Below, piece after piece: positions 25,301 through 37,200 of a stretch of 64,000 bases of DNA. The notes beneath the pieces are model-generated. The model searched no databases. It was not told the DNA's origin and saw nothing but the letters and a program-made list of their open reading frames with translations. Origin of the DNA: Felis catus (lineage: Eukaryota). The position numbers and the translations under genes were made by a program. The stretch spans positions 20,958,001 through 21,022,000 of the forward strand of contig NC_058369.1 of NCBI RefSeq assembly GCF_018350175.1, in the 5' to 3' direction. Positions within the stretch are counted from its first letter, which is position 1, and every line of letters starts with the position of its first letter.

Positions 25301-26298
25301 CTTGATTTCAGCTCAGGTCATGATATCAGCATTGTGGGATCAAGCCCTGTGTCAGGCTGTACGCTGAGTGTGGAGACTGTTTAAGATTCTCTCTCTCCCT
25401 CTACCCCTCTCCCACACTCATGCGCGTGCTCTCTCTCAAAAAAAAAAAAAAAAAAAAAGACTACTTTTGTGTCTTTCAGGAATGCTTTACATTTTTCTCA
25501 TATAGGTTTTGCATATTTCTTATTATTTTGTCTTTTTTGTTGCTATTATAAATGGGATTTTCTCTACTATTGCTCCTACTGATTTTTGTATGCTAATTTT
25601 ATATCCTATTACAAACAATCCTTACTGAATTGTTTGAATGTGTTTTATTATTGATTCTCCAGGGTTTTCTTATATTTTTATTTTTTTTTTAAGTTTGCTT
25701 ATTTATTTTCAGAAAGATAGAGACAGCACGAGCAGAGGAGGGGCAGAGAGAGAGGGAGACAGAGAATCCCAAGCAAGTTCCGCACTGTCAGCGAAGAGCC
25801 CAACATGGGGCTTGAACTCAGGGCCTGAACTCACAAAACTGTGAGATCATGACCTGAACTGAAATCAAGAGTTGGACACTTAACTGGCTGAGCCTCCCAG
25901 GCACCCCTCTCCAGGGCTTTCTAAGTATATATTACCTGTAAATAGAGTTTTACTTTTTCTTCTCCAGTTCTTATTCCTCTAATCACTTTCTCTTGTTTAA
26001 TTGCATTTTCTAATACTTCCAGTACAATATTGAATAGTAGCGGAGATGGGTAGGCATCCCTACCTGTTCCTAATATTAGTGGAGGTACCTCTAGTAAGTT
26101 TCCCCCTTAAGAAAATTCTAACTTTAGGGGTGCCTGGGTGGCTCAGTCAGTTAAGCCTCTGACTTTGGCTCAGGTCATAACCTGTCAGTTTGTGAGTTCA
26201 AGACTTGCATTGGGCTTTCTGCTCTCAGCGCAGAGCCTGCTTTGGATCCTCTGTCTCTCTCTGTCTTGGTCTCTCTCTGTCTCTGTCCCTGCCCTGCT

Positions 26299-26348
<50 letters not shown>

Positions 26349-26670
26349 AAATAAACATTAAAAGAAAAGAAAAAAAAAGAAAATACTAGCTTTGGGACTT
26401 TATTTAATGTATCCATTGAAACTTCTATTTTCTTAAGTGTTTATTTATCACAGCCTTTAAAAGTACCTATGGAGAGGGATGCCTGGGTGGCTCAGTTGGT
26501 TAAGTGTCTGACTTTGGCTCAGGTCATAATCTCATTGTTCATGGGTTTAAGCCCTGCATCGGACTCTGTGCTGACAGCTCAGAGCCTGGAGCCTGCTTCA
26601 GATTCTGTGTCTCTCTCTTCCCCTCCCCTGTTCATGCTCTGTCTCTCTCTCTCTCTCTCTAAAAAAAAAA

Positions 26671-26702
<32 letters not shown>

Positions 26703-29700
26703 GTGTAATAATAATAATAAAGTACTTATGGAGATAATCATATAATTTTTCTCCTTAGATCTATTAACATTGTATATTATATTAATTGATTTCCTAATAT
26801 TGAAACAATCTTGTATTCCTTTAATAAATCCCATCTGGCCATGGCGTATCATTTTTTTAAAATATGGTATTGTTGGGTTCTATTGGTTAACATGCTTTCT
26901 AGAACTTTTGCATTGATGGAAGGGATGTTGGCCTATATTTTTTTTCATACTGTCTCTATCAGGTTTGAAGCAACTAAAAATGGGAGGATAAAGGAATGAG
27001 GAAAGTAGATTGAAGTCAAGATTGTTATAAAGGAACATGAAGGGAGTTGAAGGATACCATTAAAACTTGACAAAACAGATATTAACAAGTTAAATTAGAA
27101 AGCAGGGGATTTGGGGCTTGCTTCATAAGAAGAATATTGATGTGTTCCTTCATTTTCCATACTCTGGAGCAATTTTTGGTGTATTGAGGCTATCTGGTTA
27201 TTCCCTCCTGCAATCATTTGGACATAATGTTTTTGGTGGGATAGTTCTCTAGTAGGAATTGGTCTATTTAAGCTTATATTCCCAATTTGGGGGTCAGTTT
27301 TGGCATACTTTCTTTCTCTAAAAAAATCATCCATGTTTTCTAGGTTTTAAAATGCATTTGCATAGAATTTTGCAAAGTGGTCTCATGATTTAACAATTTT
27401 TTTGTTTCAATGTTGACTTCCCCTTATCACCTCCTTTTTTTTTTCTTTTCAAATTTTATTTAAATTCTAGTTAGTTAACATGCTGTCACTTCTGATTGTG
27501 TAGGGTTATGCTCTCTCCCTTTCTTTGCTTTATTGAGTTACTTAGTGATTTGTTTGGTGTGTTAATTTTTTAAAAATAGGAATTTGATTTATTAACTTGA
27601 CTGTTTTCTACATCTACCTCATTAATTTCTACTTTTATTATTTCCTTTCTTGTCCCTTGCTTTGGCTTGTATTTTGTTATGTTTATAATGTGTGTGTGTG
27701 TGTGTGTGCACATGCACTAGAAATTTAATTCACTTATTTACATTCTTGCTTATAAATGTGTTTATAAATGTGTCTAATGAACTTTCTTCTGATAAATGCT
27801 TAAAAAATAGTCCACAGATTCTGATATGTAGTATTTCATTTTTTTAATTCCAAAAATTTAGTTTGTATTTCCCATTTCATTACAGAATTGTCTAGGGGCA
27901 CCTGGGTGGCTCAGTCAGTTAGGCGTCTGACTTTGGCTCAGGTCATGATCTTGCAGTTTGTGGGTTCAAGCCTGGCTCTCTGCTGTCAGCACAGAGTCCA
28001 CTTCAGATCCTCTGTCCCTCTCTGCCCCTGCCCCTGCCCCACTCCCTCTTCCTCTCTGTCTCTCTCTCAAAAATAAATAAACATAAAAAAAAGAATTGTT
28101 TAATATTGTTTAACAAGTTTCACAATTTTCCATGTGGAAAGGACTTGTTAAACTTTGTTAATTTTACTTTAATTGCATTGAGATCAGGGAGTGTTATTTA
28201 TAATATTTCTACTCTACAGAACTTGCTGGTGTTTTCTCTGTGACCTAATATATAGTCAGTTTTTTGCTGAATGTTCCATTTGCATGTGAGAAGAGGTGTA
28301 TCCCTCTAGTTAGGGTATAAGAGTTTTTATATATACATATATGCCAGAAAATCTATCTTATTGATTATGTTATTTATGTCTTCTGTATCTTTACTTATTT
28401 TTCCCCACAGAGAGTAGTGTGTTACACTATCATTATTAATTGTGGCTTTTAGCATTAAAAAATGTCCTTGAGGACTGTGCCTGGGTGGCTCAGTCAGTTG
28501 AGCATCTGACTCTTGGTTTTGGCTCAAGTCATGATCTCACAGTTTGTGAGTTCTAGCTCCGTGTCATCAGGCTCCGTGCTGGCAGTGCAGAGCCTGCTTG
28601 AGATTCTCTCCCTGCCCCTCTCCTGCTTGCACACGTGCTCTCTCTCTCTCTCAAAATAAATAAATAAACTTAAAAAAAAAGTGTCCTTGATCAGGTAAAA
28701 TGCTTTTTGATCAGAATTTTACTTTGTTTGATATCAGAATTGTAACCTGATTTTTTGTTATTTCCATTTTTCTGATACATTTTTTCCCAGCTCTCTGTTT
28801 TTAGCCTTTCTGAGTTAGTTGTTTTACATAGGTCTCTTGCTATTAGCATATAGTCAGATCTTACTTTGTGAGTGAGATTAAAAATCTTTTTCTTGTAATA
28901 AGTGAGTTAAGCACGTTCACATTTATTTATAGAGCTGGTATGTTTGATCTCAGTTCTGTATTTCCTCCTTTGCATGATGTATTTTCTTTGTTCTTTCACT
29001 TTTTAAATTTCTTTCGGTATTTGGGAATATTTTTGCCTTATTTTAGTGGTTTCTTTTGTATTAAACCTTTTATAGTGCCTCGAATCCCCTGCTTTCTTAT
29101 TTAACTAGTTAATATCTGTTTTGTCAGGTTTCAATGGTATCCTTCGACTCCCTTCATGTTCCTTTGTAGCAATCTTGACTTTAATCTACTTTCCTCATTC
29201 CTTTCTCCTCCCATTTTTAGTTGCTTTTTTCTCCTTATTATTTAATATGATATTCTTCCACTCTCATACTTATCTTTGTTTTGTTTTTATTTTTAAAAAT
29301 AAAATTGATTGATTGATCGATTGATTGTAGGCTCTTTGCCCAATGTGGGGCTCAAGCTCACAGCTTGCTCTATGGATTGAGACAGCCAGCAGCTCTTATC
29401 TCTGTTTTAGTCTTAAATCTACAATTAAGTGGATTAAGTGTATCAACCTTTTCTTCTGAAATTTCTCCCATCATCCAGTAGCGGAGGGTAAGGGGGGTGG
29501 GGGGTCAATCCTCTTTTTTATATCCTTCTAGGTTCTTGGCTGGGACTCTGTAATACAAGACAGGTTAGCAAAAGAAGAGCTTGCAAATTTGCATGTTTCC
29601 CTTAACATGGGAGCCTTCTTAAAGAAATGAAGACCTGAGGAGGTTAAACCTACACTAGGTTTGATGAAAAGTGGAAAGTTGTGGGGATAGTGGCAAGACA

Positions 29701-31054
29701 AAAAGATATGAGCTAAGCGTAGTAAACTGAGGAATACTTAGCAAGGCCTCTTCACTGGGATTCCACTTGGCATCACTCCATCTTGGAGCTAAGGATGTCC
29801 TGTGCTCTGGGTATAAGGAGGGCACTTCTTACATGAGGGTCTTATGACCTGCTTCCAGGGAAGGCCGTTTCTCAAACTGCTTCAGCTTAAAACATTCAAG
29901 ATGCCAAGGTACCATATTTTGGTACCATATTTTGGGATAGTATGTCTTGAACATCACCAGTCTCTTGGTTGGATGAAGCTACTTTTCTAGTAGATTCCTC
30001 ATAAAGGGTTCAAGGGTATAGTGTTCCTAGAGTTCTTGCATGTTTAAAACTTGACAAACAACTTGATTGGAATAAAGTTCTTGGTTCACACTTTTATTGC
30101 TTCAGTTTTTGGGTTTTGTTTTTAAATACTGCTCTTTTGTTGCCTTGCTTTGAATGTTGATTTTGAGAGACCCAGTGCCAGTCCTGCTCCCTTTCCCTTG
30201 AAAGTTGTTTGATTTTTTGGCTTGGAGGCCTTGGTGTTTTTTGTTTGTTTGTTTGTTTTTGTTTGTTTTTTCAACAATCTTTAAAGTCTAAGCATTTTAC
30301 TAGTTTACATCTCAGAGTTGATCATTCTGGGTCAATTTTCCTTAGTACAAAATGGGCCTTTTAAGTACATAGATTGAGATATTCTTTATTTCTGGAAATT
30401 TCTCTTGGATTATAGTTTTAAATATTAGTTGTGTTCCTTTATCCAGTTTTTCTTTATCAGATTCCATTATATATCTCTATCTATCTATCTTGCTTTGCTT
30501 TTTTACCTATTTCTAATTTAACCACTTTCTGTCCCTTCTAGTTCTTTTTCTTTTTTTGCCTTATTTTAATTTTCTTGGTTATATTCCTTTCTTCAATGTA
30601 TTTTATTATTTTTTTTACTTTATTCTTCCGTAGGCACCTCATAATTTTGCCTTCCTTCCAGAGATAATTTTGTTTCCTCCATCTTCTTGCTGTTTGCCCA
30701 TTTCTGTGTTTTAGTTGTGAGTTTCGGATTCAAGGTATTTTTCATATGCCTACATACTTGTGTGAAGATATTTGGTTCAGTTTGAAGTGTTATGTTAGTT
30801 TTCCTTTGCTTTGTCTTTGTTTTTTCTTTGAGGGATAGGTGAGAATTTTCATCAGGTAAGTTGCTCTCTCTTTCAGTAGCTTTATGTAAATGTGGTTACT
30901 TTCACCTATTCAGTTCAGGGATTTAGGGTGATTTACAAGATTCCTAGTTCCAGGGCGCCCTCTTCTGTTAGGATAGCAAACTATTAAAAATTTTTTTTAA
31001 GTTTATTTTATTTTGAGAGAGAGAGAGAAAGTGGAGGAGGGGCAGAGAGAGAGG

Positions 31055-31086
<32 letters not shown>

Positions 31087-31245
31087 GAGAGAGAGGAAGA
31101 GAGAATCCCAAGCAGGCTCTGCACAGTGCAGAGCCTGATGTGGGGCTGGAACCCACGAACTGTGAGATGGTGACCTGAGCCGAAGTTAAAACGCTTAACC
31201 GACTGAGTCACCCAGATGCCCCAGTTTGTTTGTTTTTTTAAGTCG

Positions 31246-31292
<47 letters not shown>

Positions 31293-34200
31293 GGAGAGAG
31301 GGCTTGTCCTCCAAGTTGTTTGTTCTCTCTTATCTTGCAAGACTCTAATTTTTTACTTTTGCTTCCTTTTCTATCACCCTTCAATCTCCAAAGTACTCCT
31401 CTTCTTGTCTTTTACCTTCCCCTTTATGTCATGATGCCTTTCAAAGAATGTTATCTTGGGGGCACCTGGGTGGTTTAGTTGGTTAAGCGTCTGACTCTCG
31501 ATTTTGGCTCAGGTCACGACCTCAGGATTCGTGGGACCGAGCCCCATGTCAGGTTGTGCGCTGTCATTCGGGTTGTGCGCTGTCATTCGGGTTGTGCGCT
31601 GACAGCGCAGAGACTGCTTGTCTCTGCCCCTCTCCCCGCCTCAAAATAAATAAAGAAACTTTAAAAGAAAAATGTTACCTTGAATGCAAGCACAGAGGCC
31701 CCTTCCTCGTCCTAAGCACTCTGATTCTCCAGAACTCGGTCAGTGTTCTTGCAGTTGGGGTGGACTTTCTGTCTTGCTGGTAGAATCTTAGACCAAGCTC
31801 AGGGCTCCCACTGCTCCCCTCTTCTGCACAGTTTTTTTCAGACAGCCTTCGTTTTCCAGGCAGGCTGGCAGCGGGAGGGTGAGTAGTAGCTCACTGGGAA
31901 CAGATGATTATTCTTCTAAAGATAACGTGAAGTTTGGGCATTTTCTTTATTCTGCTTATGCTAAAGGTGAGGGTTTAGGGAGTGTTATTTGTCCTTTTCT
32001 TTTTTCCCCCTTCTTTCCTTTTTTTTTTTTTTTTTTTTTTTAGAGCATGATGGGAAATTGGAATTGACGTAGCCACCATTACCTTGGTGGTCCAGAATTC
32101 CATTTCTTGAGTTTGTATCATTGGCAGTGTGTTTGGCTTTCATAACAAATATGCTGGGCTCGGATTGGCCTAGACAGTAGGAGAAGCCACTGTTTTGCCT
32201 GTAACTAGGAACTGGGTGCAGGATGTGCCAGCTTAGTGTGCCGGGGCTGTCTCCAGGGTGTGCTGGCTTCATCCCCAGGCGGGATGGCAGCAGCAGTTTC
32301 AGAAGCACAAAGTCCAGAGTCCACTGAGTCCTGCCGTAGATTGGATTCCCTTGAACCAGAGCCGGTTTGAGGGATTCTTATACAATTGATTTCTTGATGA
32401 AGTCCTCTCAGGAGACATCTCTAAGGGAGTGAAGGCCACAGGATGTAATGGAGGAAGCAGCTGGGCAGAGATGCGATTTTAGGAGAAGTACTGCCTCTGA
32501 TCTCACAGGGAACTCTGGAGCATGAACAATACCCCAGAATTTGTCTTGAGGAAGATGGGACAAGGGGGCTTGATTTTACAGCTCGGCGTCAGTTGTTGAT
32601 TATAACTGAGTCACATTCCCACTCCTAAGCCAATTAGCAGGTTGAGCTCCACCATGACCGGCTTAGACAGGTGAGATAACCCAGAGCTAACCCAGACTTG
32701 TCATCTTCCTCAAAGTTAAGTGAGAGAGGAGAGAGTTCTAGAGCAGCAGTCAGGTCCAATTAGGAGGAAGTGGATGTCAGGCAGGCAGCCATGTGTGTGG
32801 CAAGTGTCTCTCTTGTGCCAGGCACAGGGGCGCAGCAGTGAACGCACCCCATGAAGGGCCTGCCCTCCTGGGCTCTCAGTCTGGCCAGGAAGACACACAA
32901 TAAGAAAATGAGGTGATTCAGGGTTTTGATAGGTACTGTGGAGACCAGGAAAGACAAGGGAACAGAGATATCATGGAGGGGCTCCTTTACATTAGATGGT
33001 CAGAGAAGGCCTTGCTGGGGTGGTAACATTTGAGTTGAGTCCTGGAAAAAGTAAGGGGAGAACAGGATGCTGACTGAGGGAACAACAGTGAATGAATGAA
33101 AGAAATGCCCTTAGGGGGTCAGGAGCATTAGGACTGGGGAGGCACGTTGGGGGCACAAATGAGGCTGCCCTCATCCAGAGGGGGCAAGGCTCGTCTTAGA
33201 TAGAAACCCTAAGGGGGGAGCCTGGGCTGGTCAGGCAGAAGTAGGAGTGGGTCAACCAGGGTGTGGCCACCAGAGGAAACAGTGTATGCAAAGGCTATGA
33301 GGTGACAGCTCAGCGCTGCCTGTGGCTGGGGTGGGGTGACCAGAGAGGAGAACGAGGAAGGGCTGGAGCGCCTCTTGGAGCTCAGGAAGAGGTTTGGCTT
33401 TATCCTAGGATGTAGGGACCCAGGGACCCAGGGACCCAGGATGGATTTTTAGCAAGAGAAGGAGGGGCTTATACTTGAGTTTTGTGGGGAGTGGATTGGA
33501 ATGGGCAGGGGTGAAAGTGAGGGGACCAGGCAGGGAGGGTGCCTTGTCGGGATGACATTGAGAAGTGAGAAGCAAAACAGGCAGACTTGAACTGATGTGA
33601 TGGGGAAGAGGGGGTGGCATGAAAGAGGGAGGGGACAAGGGTGATGGAGGTTAGTGGCCGGGGGCCAGGTGGGAGGTGTGCTCATGAATCCGGAAGGGAA
33701 GCCCCAAACTCATGCCCACAGGTTAACGCTAGAGGAGAGTGGGCCCCAGCCAGTCCACAGCGTGGGGGTGACAGGGTATATGGAGCCCCCTGACGTCCCT
33801 GTCCCCCCCTCTCCATTGGCAGCGTTCTGGAGCACCTCAGCAATCTCTCCAGAGAAGTGAACCTGGACTATGAGCGCAGCATGAACAAAATCAACTTTGA
33901 CCAGATTGTCTCCTCCAAGCCTGACATGTTCTCCTACGTGACCCTGCCTAAGAAGGAGGAGGAGAAGGTGCCCAGGCAAGGTGAGGGGCGTTGGACAAAG
34001 ACCCCATGGCCACCCCCCTGGCCACAGCCCTCCTGCCCTCCCTTCACAGCACCCACTGTGCTTCTTCTCCAGCTGCCTGGAGGGCTAGGGTCGGGGTGGG
34101 GGTCAATGAAGACTCCTTTAAAAACCAGTGGTGTGAGCAGGGCTGAAGGAGCCAGGTAAATGTGTACTAGGACAGCCACTGTTGAGAAATGGATGAAAGG

Positions 34201-37200
34201 GCTCTGATGGTCTGACTGAGGAACATACCGCCCGCCCTTCCTCCAGTAGCAGGAGCAGGTGGCATTGCTACAGCCCCATTTGACTTGTGGCAGACTGAGT
34301 CTCAGAGTAGGACACTAGTTCCCCCAAGTCTTCCTTTCTTTGAGTTCCCTGATGCCCGTGAATTTCATTCCTGTGAAATGCCCAGGAAGCTGGGGCAGTG
34401 CATGGGCGGTGGGCACTTCAAGGGTCCTGGTGCCCACATCTCCTTCGCTTGGTGCTGGGTTATGTTGCAGCATGGGTGGGAGTGAAGGGGGAGATGGTCT
34501 GTGACTCTCCTGCACTTCAAAGGGGTCAGTGACCCAGAGGGGCCTGGAGAGGATTCATTTACTCGCCCAGAGTGGGCAGCTCATTGCGAAGCTGTAGGGC
34601 CACTCTGGAAGGTCTTGGGAAAAGAGGGGTTCTGGGGACGTGGGTGTCTCTTTGGGAGGAGACGGGAGTTGCATCTCTCCATCAACACCCCTGATGTTGT
34701 CCCAGGCCAATCTGACACTGGCCCTCTACCGCCATCCCTGCAGGGCTGGTGAGTGTTCCCGAGTACCCCTTCTGGGAGCAGAAAGAGGATTTTACCTTTG
34801 TGTCCCTGCTTACACGGCCGGAGGTTATCACGGCCCTCAGCAAGGTGCGGGCTGAGTGCAACAAGGTGACTGCCATGTCCCTGTTCCACTCAAACCTCTC
34901 CAAGTACAGCCGCCTGGAAGAGTTTGAGCAGATTCAGTCACAGACCTTCTCTCAGGTGCGTGGTCATCAAGGGCATAGAGGGCTGCACACAGGCCAGAGC
35001 CTTGGAGCTGACTGGCTAGTGGTGAGGCTGTGGGCTCTTGTTCTCTTTAAATTTTTTTTTTCAACATTTATTTATTTTTGGGACAGAGAGAGACAGAGCA
35101 TGAACGGGGGAGGGGCAGAGAGAGAGGGAGACACAGAATCGGAAACAGGCTCCAGGCTCTGAGCCATCAGCCCAGAGCCTGACGCGGGGCTCGAACTCAC
35201 GGACCGCGAGATCGTGACCTGGCTGAAGTCGGACGCTTAACCGACTGCGCCACCCAGGCGCCCCTCTTGTTCTCTTTAAAACCTAGACCTTGTGGGAGGA
35301 TGGGGGGTGGTGCTCCCAGGAAGATGGCTCATCCCAGAGAAGAAAGGAAGCCCAAGGTAGTCACTTTCCAGCCAACCCTGGTGGCCTCTGAAGCAGACCC
35401 CTTGTGTTGGAAAGGAGAGCAGGAACCCCACATGCCCCCTGAGAATTGGGGTGTGAGGGAAGAAGGGTACAGGCTTGTGGGGGATCATCACCAGATGGTC
35501 CAGAGAAAAGCTCCCCTTCTCTGTTTCATTCTGTGTCTCTCTTTCTCTGCCCATTTCCTGTGTCTCAGTCTCTGTCTCTTTCTTAGCTGGAGGAAAAGTC
35601 CTGTTTCTGCCGTCCCCTTTCCCCTTCCCCCAGAGCATCCCTGGTCCCCAGGGTCACAGGAGGGTGCTGGTTGGTAGGGGTGGGGGGAAATCCTTCTGTG
35701 GTCATCTGGGTCCTGGGGCCGCCCCAGCACAGTGGTGCACGTAGCTGTGGGCAGCATGTTCCTGGGGCGGCCGCCTGATGCCACCCATGGCCACTCCAGG
35801 TGCAGATGTTCCTAAAGGACAGCTGGATCAGCACGCTCAAGGTGGCCATGCGTAGCAGCTTGCGTGACATGAGCAAGGGCTGGTATAACCTCTACGAAAC
35901 CAACTGGGAGGTGTACCTCATGTCGAAGTTGCGCAAGCTGATGGAGCTGATCAAGTACATGCTGCAGGACACGCTGCGTTTCCTGGTGCAGGACTCACTG
36001 GCCAGCTTCTCGCAGTTCATCAGCGACGCTTGCTGCAGCGTGCTCGACTGCGCTGACGACATGGTCTGGGGCGAGGACTTCATCAACAGCCCCTACAGGT
36101 TGGGGGAGGTGCCTGGTGACCCCACCGCCACTCCTTGCTAGGCCCCAGGGGCTAGGCTGGTGCAGGGTGGGGGGAGGAGGGCAGCCAAGATGAGGGTGCC
36201 CAGCACTGCCAGGTCTCAGACGGCAAGGAGAGCCTGGCCCCTGCCCTGGTGGCCAGGGAATGTCCCACCAGCTCCGGCTTGCATGTCTCTGGTGACCTTC
36301 ATCTTCTCAGTCGGCAGTTATTCTTTGAGTACTTGCCATGAACCAGGTGGGGTTCTAAGGGAATAAGAGACGTATGACTCCTACTCTCACGGGGGACAGA
36401 CTGCAAACAAATGAATTAGTAGCTGGTCATGGCCGATCTTGGCAGGGGGTGTGACAGACCCTGGGTGGGGCAGGGGAATTTGCCAGGGTTCAGGGTCATC
36501 TGAATGAAGACCTGAGACTGTGAGGAAACTGGCTGCAGAGATGCTAAGGAGGGGCGCCGGTAGAGGGACCAGAGGCTCGGAGGGGGAGGAAGAACTCGGG
36601 GCGGTCGAGGAAGGAAAGGCTAGAGCTATGGCTGGAGCAAGGAGGGCCGGTCAGGATGGCGTGGGAGAAGTTGCAGTGGCAGGCCAGATCACAGAGCCTC
36701 CTTGGGTCATGGTCCGGGGCTAGATTTATTCTAAGTGTGGTTAGCGGCCACCAGAGGGGAGTTATAATCTGATTAAACGATGCTCTGGATTTGTGGGGAC
36801 AAGTGAGGCAGAAGACAAATGAGACCAAGTCTCCTACCATTGTCTAGACGAGGGAGATGACAGAGGGGGCTGGGATCTGAGGGCAGCAGATTTGGGGCCA
36901 TGCATGGGTGGCAGTGCTACAGGCCGGGCTGCAGGAGGATGTGCAGTGGGAGGAGGGGAGGGGAGGAGATGAGCTGACTCCTGGGGTCCGCAGCTAGCAC
37001 TGAGCCCTGAGGGGAGCTGGCAGGAGTCAGGGGACACAGAATGTTTGAGATGCCCATTAAAGGTCCAGGAGGGTGGTCTAGAGTGAAGCAGGGAAGCCTG
37101 GCTGGGATCTAGGCTTGAGGGTTGCTGGTGTGTGGTGGGCATCTGAAGTTAAAGATGGTGGCCTCCCAGGGGGAGCACAGGGGCCACAAGGGCCCATAGT

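Larger units (their letters stand above)
26968..29226. repeat. 150-bp inverted repeat pair (26968-27117 and 29077-29226)
   Basis: Manual alignment: ungapped, 11 mismatches in 150. Confidence 0.92.
19805..32140 (-). mobile_element. Long, fragmented old L1 (L1MC/ME-like) filling intron 8, interrupted by younger insertions
   Basis: T-rich + strand; ORF2 remnants on the - strand (e.g. [21 protein letters not shown] at 26760-26840, KKVASRI...LEKDKIG at 22500-22700). Confidence 0.75.
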
